This document shows, piece after piece, positions 35,171-49,486 of a DNA stretch of 51,835 nucleotides. Positions within the stretch are counted from its first letter, which is position 1; each line of letters opens with the position of its first letter. The notes below the pieces were generated by a model that saw nothing but the letters and a program-made list of their open reading frames with translations, made no database searches and had not been told where the DNA came from. The DNA lies in the IMG/VR virus record IMGVR_UViG_3300034147_000031, positions 1-51,835 of that record; one strand, 5' to 3'. The translations under genes were made by a program, and so were the position numbers. Source of the DNA: a virus. Lineage: Duplodnaviria > Caudoviricetes.

Positions 35171-36408
35171 CCACGGTAGCCGAAACCATTGGCGACAAGC
35201 CCGCCGACGACACGGTCTGGCAGGTTTTGCCGCCCATCCATGAGGGCCAGCCCGTCTTCCCGCAGCCCGGAATTTATTTCGGGATGCCGGAGGCCACCTA
35301 CCATGCCATCCATGCCTGTTCGGCGTCGGGTCTCAAGCACCTGTCCGTCAGCAGCATGGACTACTGGGCCTTGTCCACGCTCAATCAGGAGCGCGAGGAC
35401 GAGGGCGAGAAGGACAGTGGCAAGCTGACCCCGCGCCAGCTTGGCCACGCCTACCACTCGTTCATCGTCGAGGGCAAAGCGGCGTTCGACAAGCGCTTCG
35501 TGCTGGCCTTGGACAAGGACGAAGCCATCATGGCTGCTGCCAAGACTGGCCGCACCCTGTGCGTGACCATCGCCGACATTCGTGCGGCGATTGAAGCGCT
35601 CGACGTGAAGCCCAAAGGCACCGCCAAGGACCCGCTGATCGAGCAGCTTCTGGAGTTGGACCCGCAAGCGTTCGTGTGGGAGCGGATGCTGTCGCAATAT
35701 GGCCGTGACCACGCGGGCAAGACCTTCATTTCGCACAAGCTGTTCCGCCGCATCGCCATCGCCAAGCTGATGATCGAGGGCGATCCGCAGTTGAAGGACG
35801 CCTTTCACGGTGGCCACGCCGAGGTCAGCATCTTCTGGTTCTGTCCGACGACCGGCGCACCGATGAAGGCGCGGCTCGACTACATCAAGATGCAGGCGCT
35901 GGTCGATCTGAAATCGTTTTCGAATATGCAGGGCAAGCCGGTCCAGCGAGCCATCGACATGGCCATCAGCAACAACAAGTATTTCATCCCGGTGGTGGTC
36001 TACTTGGAGGCCATCGCTGCGGCCAAGCAGATGATCAAGGACAGCGAGGGCAAGGGTACGGCGTGGCAGTACAAGTGGTTCGACAAGGGCGGTGGCCAGT
36101 TGGACTACGAGCCAGCCCCGGCCACCGGCAACCTGCTCGATTGGTGCTGGAAGTGGGCGCACCAACCCGAGCCGCAGGTGCTGTTCATTTTCCAGCAGAC
36201 GGGCATCGCTCCCGTAACACGGGGGCGAATAATGCCAACGGCAACCACCTACATGATCAACAACTCGGCGGTCCAGTTTCTGAAACGGAAATGGGTCCGC
36301 TGCGCCAAGGCTTACGGCACCGACCCGTGGCTGGATTTTGAACCTGTCGTGGCCACGGAAGATGAAAGTTTAACTTGGGCTGCAACTGATTTCGGGGACG
36401 TGGCCTGA
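35167..36408 (+). CDS. RecE/exonuclease VIII-like PD-(D/E)xK nuclease
   Basis: YHA...SASGLK, LGHAYH, EVSIFW...KARLDY...DLKS. Confidence 0.85.
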   Translation: MTTVAETIGDKPADDTVWQVLPPIHEGQPVFPQPGIYFGMPEATYHAIHACSASGLKHLSVSSMDYWALSTLNQEREDEGEKDSGKLTPRQLGHAYHSFIVEGKAAFDKRFVLALDKDEAIMAAAKTGRTLCVTIADIRAAIEALDVKPKGTAKDPLIEQLLELDPQAFVWERMLSQYGRDHAGKTFISHKLFRRIAIAKLMIEGDPQLKDAFHGGHAEVSIFWFCPTTGAPMKARLDYIKMQALVDLKSFSNMQGKPVQRAIDMAISNNKYFIPVVVYLEAIAAAKQMIKDSEGKGTAWQYKWFDKGGGQLDYEPAPATGNLLDWCWKWAHQPEPQVLFIFQQTGIAPVTRGRIMPTATTYMINNSAVQFLKRKWVRCAKAYGTDPWLDFEPVVATEDESLTWAATDFGDVA

Positions 36409-36911
36409 TGCTTATCCCCCCTGACCATATCCGCGAGTGGCTTTCTTACGACCCGGACACTGGAATTTTCCGGTGGAAAAAGGTGCCGCGTGGTTGTCAC
36501 AAAAGGACAGGAGAATGTGGCGGCGTAACTGACACTGGTTATGTCAGCATCTTCTTCGAAGGGAAGAGGTATCAGGCGCACCGCTTGGCATGGTGGCTGA
36601 CGCACGGCTGGTTGCCGGTAGAGATCGACCACAAGAACACGATCCGCACCGACAACCGATTGGCCAACCTGAGGCCAGCCAACTCCAGCCTCAACAAACG
36701 CAACCGCGCCTATGGCCACGGAGTGAGCGGCTACAAGGGAGTGTCACCGTCAAAAACGTCAACGCCTTGGCGGGCGTACATCTCTCCCGGTGGCCGTCAG
36801 CAACATCTTGGCCACTACCACACGGCGGAGGATGCGGCTCGCGCCTACGATGCGGCGGCGAGGAAACAGTACGGCGAATACGCCCGGTGTAATTTTGGAG
36901 AGAGCGAATGA
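36408..36911 (+). CDS. HNH homing endonuclease with AP2 domain
   Basis: AHRLAW...IDHKN...DNRLANLR; SGYKGV...HLGHY.TAEDAARAYDAAA. Confidence 0.9.
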   Translation: MLIPPDHIREWLSYDPDTGIFRWKKVPRGCHKRTGECGGVTDTGYVSIFFEGKRYQAHRLAWWLTHGWLPVEIDHKNTIRTDNRLANLRPANSSLNKRNRAYGHGVSGYKGVSPSKTSTPWRAYISPGGRQQHLGHYHTAEDAARAYDAAARKQYGEYARCNFGESE

Positions 36912-37017
36912 GCGACAAGACACCCATGCCTGACGAGGCACAGCCCGACCCGCTGGAATTGCGGCGCAAGCCCAAGCCACCGAACCGTCCAAGCCCGAAC
37001 ACCACGAGGAAGATCAA

Positions 37018-37749
37018 ATGACCGACGAACCCGAACCCGTGGAGGACAAGCCCGATGGCAAAGCCGTGGCCAAAGTCCCCAAAGCCCCGCTGGCCGTGGG
37101 CGAAGAAGGGTACATTACGCCCAAGACTGTCGAAGAAGCTGCACGAATGGCGCAAGCCGTCATCATCGGCGGCTTTGCGCCGGATAGTTACAAGGTCAAC
37201 GGCACCCCTGACCCGAACAAGATTTTGCTCGGCATCATGGCAGCGCTGGAGGCTGGCCTACCGCCGCTCTACGGCCTCAGGCAGATCGCCATCATCAACA
37301 ACCGTCCGACCATTTGGGGCGATGGAGCGATGGCCTTGGTCCAGCAGCGCAACCTGATCGACAGCTACGTCGAGGAGCAGATCGGCCCGGTCCCGACCGA
37401 CAAGGATTTGTCCAAGTGGGATGACGAGTACGGCTGGAAGGTGACGATCACCCGGCGTGGCCAGAAGGGTAGCTACGTCGGCATCTTCACCGTCGGCATG
37501 GCCAAGCGGGCGCGGCTCTGGCTCAACGCCAAGAAGGTGCCGTGGATCGAACACCCCGACCGGATGCTCAAGATCAGGGCGCGGGCCTTCCCACTACGCG
37601 ACGGGTTCGCCGATGCGCTGGCTGGCTTGGCCATCCGCGAGGAGGTCGAGGATATGCACGAGGCCGAGAAGAAGGATGTGGAGGTGCGGCTCGGTGACGA
37701 GGGCGAAGTTGAGGCGCCGCCGATGGCCACGGAAACGGAGGACACATGA
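37018..37749 (+). CDS. RecT-like single-strand annealing protein
   Basis: GLPPLYGLRQIAIINNRPTIWGD...AKRARLW...PW..HPDRML..RAR.F.LRD.FADAL; downstream of RecE-like gene. Confidence 0.8.
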   Translation: MTDEPEPVEDKPDGKAVAKVPKAPLAVGEEGYITPKTVEEAARMAQAVIIGGFAPDSYKVNGTPDPNKILLGIMAALEAGLPPLYGLRQIAIINNRPTIWGDGAMALVQQRNLIDSYVEEQIGPVPTDKDLSKWDDEYGWKVTITRRGQKGSYVGIFTVGMAKRARLWLNAKKVPWIEHPDRMLKIRARAFPLRDGFADALAGLAIREEVEDMHEAEKKDVEVRLGDEGEVEAPPMATETEDT

Positions 37750-38063
37750 ACGCAGATTTGATTTTCACAATCGTCGGCTTCGGGCTGGCCCTGTGGTTCC
37801 TGTTCGGGTTCACTTGGTTCCTGCTGTTCATCAAGGTGACGATGCCCCCGGCGCCATGGCACCCGCCATTGTCGGCCAAGATCATCACGGTGGTGGCGGT
37901 CTCGTTCAACGTGCCGTGGGCGATGCTAACCCGTGGGTCCATGCCCACCGGCATCATCATCATGCCGGACAATTTACCAGTCGAAGAGCGTCCGCAGTTT
38001 GAGCGGTGGTTGAATGGCCACTGCCCATGTCCTGCCTGCCGCGAGAGGAGGGGAAAAGTATGA
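37746..38063 (+). CDS. hypothetical membrane protein
   Basis: Hydrophobic N-terminus, CPCPAC C-terminus. Confidence 0.55.
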   Translation: MNADLIFTIVGFGLALWFLFGFTWFLLFIKVTMPPAPWHPPLSAKIITVVAVSFNVPWAMLTRGSMPTGIIIMPDNLPVEERPQFERWLNGHCPCPACRERRGKV

Positions 38064-38258
38064 AACGATACATGACCGGACCCGAGGTCGCTGCGCGCTT
38101 GGGCCTACGCCCGTCCACCATGAGAGCATGGCGGCACAAGGGGATAGGTCCGCCCTACCAGCAACTGGCCGGGAAAGGCACCCAAGCAATCTACGATCCT
38201 GACGTGGTGGAATTTTTCGCCACTCAAATCTGGCCCAAACAAAAGCGTGGAGGGCGCA

Positions 38259-38278
<20 letters not shown>
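38060..38278 (+). CDS. excisionase/AlpA-like HTH protein
   Basis: YMTGPEVAARLGLRPSTMRAWR.KGIGPPY. Confidence 0.75.
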
Positions 38279-39283
<1,005 letters not shown>

Positions 39284-39287
<4 letters not shown>

Positions 39288-42200
39288 GGGGAGGTGGGGG
39301 CTGCGTCTTTTGATGCGGTCCCCATAACCTTCTTCTGCCAGACTTGGTCAAACTTCTTGGCCAGCGCCAGCCGCACCTTTTCGATCTTGGCCCTGCTCGC
39401 ATCGGCCTGTGCTTGGGTCAGCTTCTTGCCAACCGGATAGGTGTCGCCCGTCACCGCTTCGATGGCGTTCGCTTGCTTCTCGGTGAGGCCCTTGGCATTG
39501 ACCAGCCCATCCTCCAGCGCACCCTTGGCAAGGCCGATCTTCCGCACCGCCGTGGCCGTGACCTTGATGGGGGTGGCCATCTTGATGGCCGCCTTGTTTT
39601 CCTCGTAATGCTCCTTGTACTGGGGGCTGTCCGTGCCATAGCGCGTGGCCACGTCCTTGGCCTTATCGACTGCCTTCTTGGCCGAGTAGTAGCGCTCGTT
39701 GAACGTGCTGATCGTGGCCTTGTCCACATTGGCAGCACCATGCGGCTGAGAGATGAAGCCCCGCGCCACGGGTATGTCGCTCGGACCAACCTCATCTCTG
39801 GTCAGCTTCCCCGGCAGGGTCCACACCCGTCCAATCGAGCGGCCAAGGCCACCGAGAGTTTCCGACGTAAAATGCGACAGGGTTTCAGGGTGAACGTCTA
39901 TCGACCCCTTCTTCACATCGTTGCCGCCGGTCAATTCGTTCATGCCCGTGGCCAGCACTTTCCAAAACTCGTTGGTGTTTTCTAATGACGAGTGGCTCTG
40001 CGGGTCATCCTCGGTTCCGGGCCACTCGTCCGGGTAGAGCTTGTGGCCCCAGTTGTTGGAATTCTGGATGATGTCCACGACCGGGTCGCCCACCGACGGG
40101 GTGATGAGGTTCCCAACAGTGTGGCCACTGACCGGGGAGAAAGCATTGGCGAAGCTGTACATCACGTCAGCCGCCATCTCCATCATGCTCTGCTTGTTGC
40201 CGTCCTTGTCCGTCTTTTCGCGCCACCACTCGCTCGACTTGCGGCCCACGGTGACGAAGCTGTTGATGCCGTAGCCAACGGGAATACTGATGTCGAACGG
40301 GATGTAGTCAGGCAGCATCAGCTTGAAGGCTTGGTCCTTCTCCTCTTCGGTGTAGTCGTCCCACTTCTCCGGGTCGAGCAGGTGGTTGAGGACATCCATC
40401 ATCAGCCCAGCGGTCATCAGTCCAACCATGATGAGCGGCTTCTTCCTCATCGAATAGAGGAAGCGTCCGCCACCCGTGGTTGAGGCCGTGGCGAAGCCAT
40501 AGAAGGCGTTGATCTTCGGACCCCACTCGCCGTGCTGCTGGAAGTTGGTGGTCAACTCACGCACCGCCTGTGCCGCCTGCTTGGACGGGATGCCAGCCTC
40601 ACGCAGGGCCACGTAGGCAGACAGGCGGGTCATGTTCTCCAGCGCCGAGCTAAGGTTGCTGACAAACCCGAGGACGTTGCGGACGGCCTTGATCGGATTG
40701 GTGAAACCGCTCTGCTTGGCCAGCTTCATTTCGCGCTTGGTGCGGCGCAGGATGTCCTCCAGTCCCTCGGTCTGGTTGTAATTGATCTTGCCGCCTGCCG
40801 CCTCGAATTCATTATACCATTCGAACCACTTGCTGCCCGACGCTTCGCCAGCCCCGGTCTTGCTGAACACGCCCCGCGTGGACGCATACAGTGCGCCGGG
40901 GAGGTTCTTGATGATCTGGCGGCGTATGCCCTTCTCGCCCAGTGTCGAGGCGTTGATCACGCCCGTCTGCACATCCTTGACCGCGTTGCGAAGAATGAAG
41001 TCGATGTTCCACGAGGTGTTGGCCTGTGTCCACAGCTTGGTGAGGGTGCGCCCCGCCGCGATCCACGAGGGCAGCGTCTCGACATCAAGGTTCTTGATCG
41101 CCTTGACGAAGCGAACGGCAGACTGGTTGCCCTTCTGGAACGTCATCTTGTGGGTGACATCACCGTCCTTGTAATAGACGGTGAGCTTGTCCTCCTCGCT
41201 ACCGGGGGCAACGCGGGTCTGCATCTGGTACTCGACCTGCTTGGTCTTCTTGTTCCATGTGGCCACGCGCTCGACCCTGTCGATCTTGACGAAGCTGGGA
41301 TCGGGGACGGCGCGGAGCATATTGTAGAGCGCCCCGGACACGGAGTTGCGGTAGGAGCGGTCGATGGCCTGCTGCGCCTGCGCCACGGCATAGCCGACGA
41401 TGCTTTCCAGATCGGCCCTGCTCTCGCGGCCAAACATCCGGTGGCCTTCGCTGCCCTTAACCGAGAAGCCGCTGCCCTCGACCGGGAAACTCATCTCCAT
41501 CTGAGGCTCGGTCTTTTCGTGGCCACGCAGCGGGACGTAGTGGTCCTGCGGCTGGAAGCCCGCATCGGCGTTCTTCTGGGTCAGCAGCTTGCCATTGACC
41601 CGCTCGCGCTGGGCCATCTCGATCATCTTGTCGATGTACACGGCGGCTGCTTGCAGGTCGGCCATCTGGCCATTGGCGATGAAGTCCGACATGATGTCGC
41701 CAGCCTCGGTATCGGTCATGCCAGAACCCGGCTTGTCGGTCAGGTTGAACGCGGGATTGATCTTGGCCACGGCCCGGTTGCGGGCGGGAGCATGGCGGGC
41801 ATAGAGATAGAGGCCAAGGTCGGCCACGGCCAGCTTGCTCCGCGCCAACTCCTCGGCCATCGGCCTGAACAAATTGTCCACCATGTGGTCCATCTTGTAG
41901 CCGCGCTCGTCGGCAGTGATGCGCTCCATCACGTTCATCTCTGGCGGCAGACGGTCCACCCCCAGAAACGCCTCGGCGCGGGTCTGCCCCTTCTCCACCT
42001 GCCGATACTTCTGGAGTATCTTGCGCTTGAAGGCGTCGATGAGGTTGTCGGCGGCATCGCTCTCGGCGTTGAAGTCCCACGACCCCAGCTTGGTCAGCAA
42101 ATTCAGGGCCACATCGTGCATATGCCGCAGCGCACCGGGGTCTGGTTTGGACGGGTCGCCAAGGACGCTCGGCTGTGCGGCTCTGGTGATGCGCCGCTTG

Positions 42201-45200
42201 GCCCCGCCCAGTTGGATCATTTGCCCGGCGGTCTTGCCCCACTCGACCTTGACCTCCTTGCCGGTGATCTCGATCAAGCTGTCGTCGAAGATGACGTAGT
42301 TGCGGGTCTTAGTGGTTTGGGCTGGATCGCGGCTGTCGCGGTCGAGATACTGGTTGCCGGGAATACCAAGCTCGCGCAGGTACAGGCTCGCCGCCTTGGG
42401 TCCATCATCCTCGGTAATGGCCACGCCCAATTCGCTGTCGGCGGGGGCAGCCGGGAAGCCTCCGTCCTTGAGCAGTTCACGGCCAAGCACATTCAGTTGC
42501 AGGGCCTCGCCAGTCCATGACCAGAAATCGCCATACTTCCGCTGGTACTGGGGCAGCAGTCCCTTCTCCACCAAGTGGCCACGCAGCTTGGTCAGCGCGG
42601 CAGTGACCACCTCCGGCTGCTCGCTCAACTTCTTGTCGAGGTCGAGCAGCACGTCGGTCTCGGGGATGTCCACCTTGTAGAGCGCACCCGTGGTGGGGCC
42701 ACGGTCGAACGCGACATCCCTCATCCGCAGGCCATTGAAGATGTTTTCGACCTTGCGCTGGTCAGCCTCGATGCGGTGGCGGGCAGAGGCGGTCTGGGCA
42801 TCAGCCAGCGCTCCGTGAATTCCCTTGTCATAGGCGACGTGCAGCGTGTCCAGCCAGCCGTTGTACTTGGTGCCGCCCTTGGTCAGGTAATCGTGGATCA
42901 GCGAGGCCACCTCGAACGTGGCCACCTCCCACTCGCTGTTCTGCGAAACGTCCCCGAATTTGTTGCCAACCCAGTCGATGATCGGGTGGCCATCGACCGT
43001 GACAGAAATTGTCGCTGGCCGTGACATATCCATGGTCAGCTTGGCCCGGTACCAATCGGCCACGCCCTTCTTGTCGGCGAAGTACAGCCCCCAGCCCTTG
43101 GCCTGAACCTTCTCGCCCGTGTTGATGTAGGCGTTGGAGAAGCGCTCGATCATTTGCCGGGGCGTTCCGTGCCACGCTTCCCGCGCCTTGATGCCAGCCT
43201 CGCCGATGGACCGCAGCACATGGGCCTCGGAGACCGTGATGTCAGCCAGCGCAAGAGCCTTGGCCACGGCCTGCTCAAACTTGGTGCGTAAGGCTGGCTT
43301 GGCCCGCGCCGTGAGGTTTTCCTGCGCCTTGTCCCACGCCCTCAGTTGCTCGCCCGTGCGGATGTTGATCAACAGGTCCATGGCCTCGTTCAACTGGCGC
43401 TCGCTGACACCGGCTTTGGCATAGGCCATCCGGATGTGCTGGATCATATCGCTGAGCCAGTTGAAGAACCGCTCGGCAACCTTGGCATCCGGATTTTTCT
43501 CGCGCTGGCCATGCAGCGGCTGGCCCAATTCCCACCGTGCGTAACCTTCGGCGATGGCTTCTTCGATCTGGCCATCGCGGTCCATGTCTGGGCCAAGCGG
43601 GTAGTTGGCCTCGGCCCACGCCATCAGTGTCGGGTCGCTCAGCGCCCACCGCTTCAGCGCTTCCCACTGCTTTGGGCTGATGATGTCGTTGTCCCGCATC
43701 CAGTGGATGCCCTCATGGCGGGCAGTCTGGCGAGCGTTCTCCCAGTCGAACGCAGCGATCTGCATGACCGCGTTGCCGGTGATCATGTCGTGGCCATACT
43801 GGCCAGCGCCGGTCATCCCCTTGGCGATGGCGATCTCCGCCTGAATGATCTGCACGATCAGCCCATGCTTTCCGGTGAGGCCAAACTCATCGAGGGCAGC
43901 GACCATGTCGTACAGGTGCTTCTGGTGGAATTGGCCAATCTCGTGAATTTCCACCGGGTCCGGTGCGGGCGGAGCGATGTACTCCTCGATGGTGGTGGGA
44001 GCCTTCTTCTTCGCGGGCGCCTTGGGTTTCGGCGGTGTGGCCTTGGCCGGGGCAGGCTTGGCCTTGCGCCGCTTGAACAGGCTGCTCTCTGGGCTGAATT
44101 CCCCGGTGTTTTCCGTGGCGGATTTGATGCTGCGGGGAGCGCGGCTTTCCTCACTGCCCTTGAGAACGATGATGACGGTGGAGGGGATGCTCTCTCCCCC
44201 AGCAGTGTCGTCAACATCGTCAATCCACACCGCGTCATAATCATGCTGCGCCATCTCGGCGACATCGTCGGTGGACCGATGGCTCTCGGCTTGATCGAGG
44301 TAGCCGTGGTTGATCAACTCCCATTCACTGGTGTTGAGATTGTCCATGTGTTCTTGGGTCTCTTCATCGACCCGCTCGACAATGAATTCCTGTGCCTCGT
44401 CCTCATCCTCGAACGTGGCCAGAACCTCGTCCTCGACGGTCTCGGCCTGCCATGCCCGACGCGGTTCGACCACGTCGAACACGGTTTCGCCCGCCTCGTT
44501 CTTGCGCTCGACCGTGATCAGGCGGTTGGCATCAGCATCGAAGCTCTCTAGCTGGTCATTGATATACGCCTCGCGGGCTTCGTCGATGGCCTCCTCGCTA
44601 TGCTCACCCTCGTCAACGACAACCTCGGTCCAGTTGCGGCCTTCGGCATCGTAGTGATCGACCTCGTTGATGCGGAGATAGACCGGCAGGACCGCGCCGT
44701 CCGCGCCCTTGGCATAAGTGCGGGACACCTCCGGGTTGTCGGAGAAAAAGTGGCTGGCCTTCCAGTTGCCGAATTCCTCGAAACTGGTGCGGGTGCCGTG
44801 GTAGAAAATACGGGGACGGCCTTGGTCATCGACCGCCTTGCTGTCGCCGAACCACTGCCAGAAATTCTTGACCGCCTTGGTCGTGGCCGCGATGGGCTGG
44901 CCATCCGCATTGGTCGATGGGCGCTCAACGCCATCCACGGTAACGAACGCAGGCGGACGCGCCTTGTCGCTACCGAAATCCATTCCGGGGAAAAGCTCTA
45001 GCTGTTCTTCTTCGCCGTATCTTGGCGCTTGCGCGCCGCCAGCAGCGCCAGCCACACCGGGGCCTTGGCCTCCTTCGATGTCCGCTTGGTCAGCTTTTTG
45101 GCTGGGGGCAGCTTCTGTTCCGGTCGTAGTGCCATAATATACTCCTCCTCCAGCCACGAACATATACACGCTGTCCGGGTTTTGGCCAGTCAGGGTCGCG

Positions 45201-48200
45201 CTGTTTTGCAGCGCCTGCGGGTAGAACGGGTAGTAGAATTTCCGCCCGTGCGGATCGGTGTAGGTGGCCGTCGGAGCGGGGCCAGTTTCCACCCGCTTCT
45301 TGGCCCCTGCCGCCAGCGTGGCCATGCCTTTCGGGGCCACAGCCGGGCCTTCGAGCGCGGCAATCTCTCCGTCCCGCCATTCCTCGACAAGGTGTTTGAA
45401 TTCGTCGAAAATGTCGGACGCGCCCATGTCCTTGTCGGCGAGCAGATCACTATTAGCGTCGAGGACGGACTGCGAGATGACACCCTGATTAACGAGGGTC
45501 TTGAGGAACGCCTTGGCCTTGGTCCTGCCGGGGCCATGGTCCTCGTAGGTGGTGATGTCATCCATCTTGGCTTCGATCTTCTCGGCCCGTTTCCGGATGT
45601 CCTTGATCTTGGCCTTGACCTCATCCGACACGGCAGCGGGCTTGGCAGCAGGAATTTTTTTCGCTTCGGCTGCACGAACCGGCTCTTTGGTTGGCCTAGT
45701 AGGAGTGGGGGCAGGTTCGGCTTGCTTGGTCTCGGGCTGGGCCTGCTCCTTCGCTTCCGCTGGTTGGCCTGTCAGTTTCGCAGCCTCGGCACGGAAGGCG
45801 GTGGCCAGCTTCTGCAATTCGCTGACAGGCTGCGGGCTGGCGTCACCCCACGGTGGCCGCACCATGTCGGTCGATTTCTTGCCAGCAATCTTCCGCTCAA
45901 TGGCATCCGCATCCTTGATGTAACCGTCAGCAATCCGTTGGTCATTGGCACTGACTGTGGGTGGAGGTGCCTTCGCCGCCGCCAGCTTGGCCTTCAGCGC
46001 CGGGATTTTTTTGCCCTTCGGTGTAGCCTTGGAACCTTTCGCGGCCACGGGCGTTGTGGGCGGAGCAACCTCACTAGGTGCTGCGCTCACAAGACTTGCC
46101 GTTTTGGCCTTGGCCACACCCGCTTTGGCATCCAGCAAACCGACTTTGTAGGCGGCCTTGAATTTGGGCGACTGTCCTTTGAGCGATGGCGCTTCCGACA
46201 TCCCAAGGCCCACGGACTGCCCGATGCTACGGCCAGCCTTGGTCTCGAACGCCGCGCCACGCGGTGACTTGGGCATGGCCTTGAGGACAGCGGCCCGCTG
46301 ATCCACGGCCAGCCCTTCATGCTCGGCAGGCGGTGTCCACTCGATGGCCGTCGCGGTGATCGGCGCGATTGGTGCGGTGGGTACCGCTGTCGGGGGAGAC
46401 GGGGGTAGCTCCTCCGGCAGCGGCCCTTCCGCGACAGGGGGGGCTATTCCTGCCGCTTCAGCCGGTTCGAATGGCCCGCCCATGGCCTGAGCGCCACCGG
46501 GCGGCTCGCCCATCATGCGGACTTCGTCGGTCTCCGGATTGACGAAGCCGACGACCTCTTGGGTCTGCGCGCCGGTTTCGTCCTGCCCATACAGCGGCTG
46601 CTCGCCGGGGAGCGGCTGGGTATAATCGCCCGCAGGCGCAGCCGCCTCCGCTGCCATGCCCGCCTCGGCGATGGCTTCTGACGGCGCTGCCGTCATCTCG
46701 GCCAGTGCGGCCCGTGCGGGATTAGCCGCCTTGGCTGCGTCTAAGCTCGCCTCAGCGCTTTGTTGGGTCGAAGTAGGATCAGGTACCCCGCCCTCGTCTA
46801 GCGCGTCTGAGACGGCTCCACGGCGGACTGAGGGCCTTCTTTCTTCCACCTCCTCGCCCATCGCAGGGGCAACCTCTGGTTCCAGCCCGCCGCGAGCGAT
46901 GGCCGCCTCGGCCTCCTCCTCGGTTGGCGCGAAATCCTCTTCGTCCCACTGCTGGCCGGTGGCCTCAGTGAAGGCTTCATCCATCGCCGCCAGTTCTTCG
47001 GCGGTGTCCTCACCATAATCGACCGGGGTTTGAGCAACCTCCATCCCGCTGGGGTCCACCCACTCGCCCGTGTCCGGGGCCTGCTCAAGCCCGGCCACCT
47101 GTCTGTTGCGAGGATTGAGCGGAGCGCCGTTGCGGTCACGAAGCTCGTAGTGGAGGTGGACACCCGTGGCGTTGCCGGTCTGACCAGCGCCGCCTAGCTT
47201 CTGGCCTTGGGCGACCTGATCGCCGACCTTTACGTTGATGTTGTTGAGGTGGGCGTAGGTCGAGCGCGACCCGTCGCTATGTTCGACTATCACCCGGTTG
47301 CCATAGCCACGCGCTGGCGCAGCACTGACGATGACACCGCTGGCGGTAGCGCCGATGGGCGCCCCTTTCTTCATGCCGCCGATGTCGTATCCACCGTGGT
47401 TGCTGCTGGCCATCTGGCCATTGGCGGTACGGAACGACTTGCGTGGCCCCGGCTTGGACGTGATGACGCCCTTGGGGAATACGTGCGTCTCGGTCTTACC
47501 AGTCGCGTCAACTGGTGCGGGTGTTGGCCTCACCAGACGTGGCCGCGCCTGCCTTTCGCGCTCCGGCTCACTGAGAACAACCGGGACGGCTGGGGTTTTG
47601 GCGGCGCGCAGGTCGGCTGGCTTGCCAGCGACTTCGCCAGCGCGACGTGATGGTGACAACAGTGCTTGGCCGACGCCGCTGGTGTTCCACTCAATGCTCT
47701 CGGCCTCGCGCAGTGGGGCAGTCTTCGCCTGCTCTAGTTCTGCTACGCCTGTGGCCACACCCGCCGGGCCGCCGATCAATGCGCCAGCCGCAGCAGCATC
47801 GAACATCCGCCCAACAAGGCCCGGCTTAATGGGCGTTCCAGTCTCCAGAGCAGAGCCGTATTCTTCGATGGCTGTCTGCAAACCTTCGGTGATAAACTCA
47901 CCGCCCATGCCCTTGCCGCCCTGCTTGGCTATTTGCCTGAGCGTGGCCCTGCGGGCCTCGGTCGCGGGCATCAGCAAAATCTTCAGGCCGATGTCGTCGG
48001 CGATTTCCTTGCCGAACCGATTGGTCAGGGTGGACCCCAACTTGCCGGGGAGGAAGCTGTCCAGCGCCGCCGCGCCACCCGCCGACAGGAATGTGGCCAG
48101 CCCAGCCTTGGCCTCTTCATTGATCTCCTTGTTGCCCTGCTGGATTTGGCCAAGCTCCATAATGTAGGACGTACCGAACGCCCCGGCTTGGGCAGCGATG

Positions 48201-49483
48201 GACCCGCCAACCAGCCCGCCCAACATCGCCGCATCCATGCTGGCCACGAAATTCGGAGCCTGCTCGATGGCGGTCTGGGTGGCCCAGTTGGCCGCGTCCT
48301 TGAACGACGAGACTTGGCGAGCCGTCAGCCCCGGCGGCAAGGCACCGGAGATGGCGCCGTAATATCTCCGCCTGTTGGCAGAGTGCTTGCTGTCAATGCC
48401 GAGACCTTCTTCGACCGCCTCTCTTGCCGACCAAATCGTGGCCATGGCGTTACGGCCAGACTTGATGCGGGAAGTCTGGACGATTTCACCGTAGGTTTTA
48501 TCGCCCGGTTCCTCGGTGGTCTTCTCGCCGACTGCTGACCAGCCGACAGGAGATGGCCGCGCCTTTGTCCCTTGCTCCTTGCGGTATTTGGCGATGGCGC
48601 CGAAATCGAACGGCATCGCTTTGGCCAAGTTCGGGTCTTCGAATTCCTCGGCTGCGATCCGCCTTGCCTCGGCCAGCATTGCACCCGGCGCGGCATCCCA
48701 CAATTTGCGCCCGTTGATCTCCTTGGACACGCGCTCCAGATAGGCGGCCTTGGTCAGATCGACTTCGTAATTGCTGCTTGGTCGTGCCGCTATTTCCTTG
48801 TCTGCGGCGGTGTGCTGACGGGCAATGCCGCCAAGCGGAGCAGTGGGCGCAGTGACTTCGTCCAGAACGCTGGGGTCGATGACCAGCGAAGGGGGCTGTT
48901 TGCCGCCTTTTGCGGCCTCGGTCTTGGCCAAGGTGGTGGCCACGGCATCCGGGTCAACGGCCATGCTGCCTTTTGGGATGATGCCGTAGCCGGTGGGAGA
49001 TGTCTCGATCCGGGCGCCACCGGCAGCGGCTTCCTCGACCGCTTTGGGGATACCCTCAGGTTCGAATAGCGGACCAGTATCGCTGGCCACGCCACCCGGC
49101 GTTTCCTTCTCCTGTTCAAACTTGAACGTGGTGTCCAGTTGGAACGGCTCGTCCGACGGGATGATATTCCCTTGGTCGTCCTCGAAGTCGAGGTCTTCCC
49201 CCTTGGCGGCGGTGGCGTCCTCGAAGTCGAGGTCTTCCTCAACCTTCTTGCGGATGCGCTTCAAGCCCTCCTCGCCCTCCTCGGGCAGTGGGGCCAGCGG
49301 GTCCTTTGCGGACGCTTGGATTTGACGCGCCTGCTCGGCCTCAGCGGCGGCGGCGATCTCTGCCTCTAGGCGGCGAGCTTCCTCTTCTTCTTCAGCGATT
49401 TCCTCAGGCGTCTTGCCGCTCTGAAGCAGCCCGCCGGGTGGCAGGCCCCACTTGCTGCGGAGGGCGCTGAAGTCTGTGGCCAT
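39284..49483 (-). CDS. giant polyvalent internal-virion/ejection protein (M23 peptidase, two ART-PolyVal-like domains, HExxH motif, LPD38-like C-terminus)
   Basis: 3399 aa; HGGYD...YAHL...HLHYE; FWQWFGDSK.VD..G.P..FYHGT; AWHGTP...TGE..Q..GWGLYF; RHEGIH. Confidence 0.8.
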
Positions 49484-49486
49484 GGC

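Noticed and set aside
36408-36911. HNH gene as intron-encoded
   Set aside because: It overlaps the RecE-like stop directly and the flanking genes look complete; free-standing HNH-AP2 genes are common in phages.
40532-42520. 662-aa plus-strand ORF and other long antisense ORFs (e.g. 147-1109, 10635-11939, 19692-20747, 34987-36165)
   Set aside because: Shadow frames of GC-rich genes on the opposite strand; no RBS or recognisable motifs.
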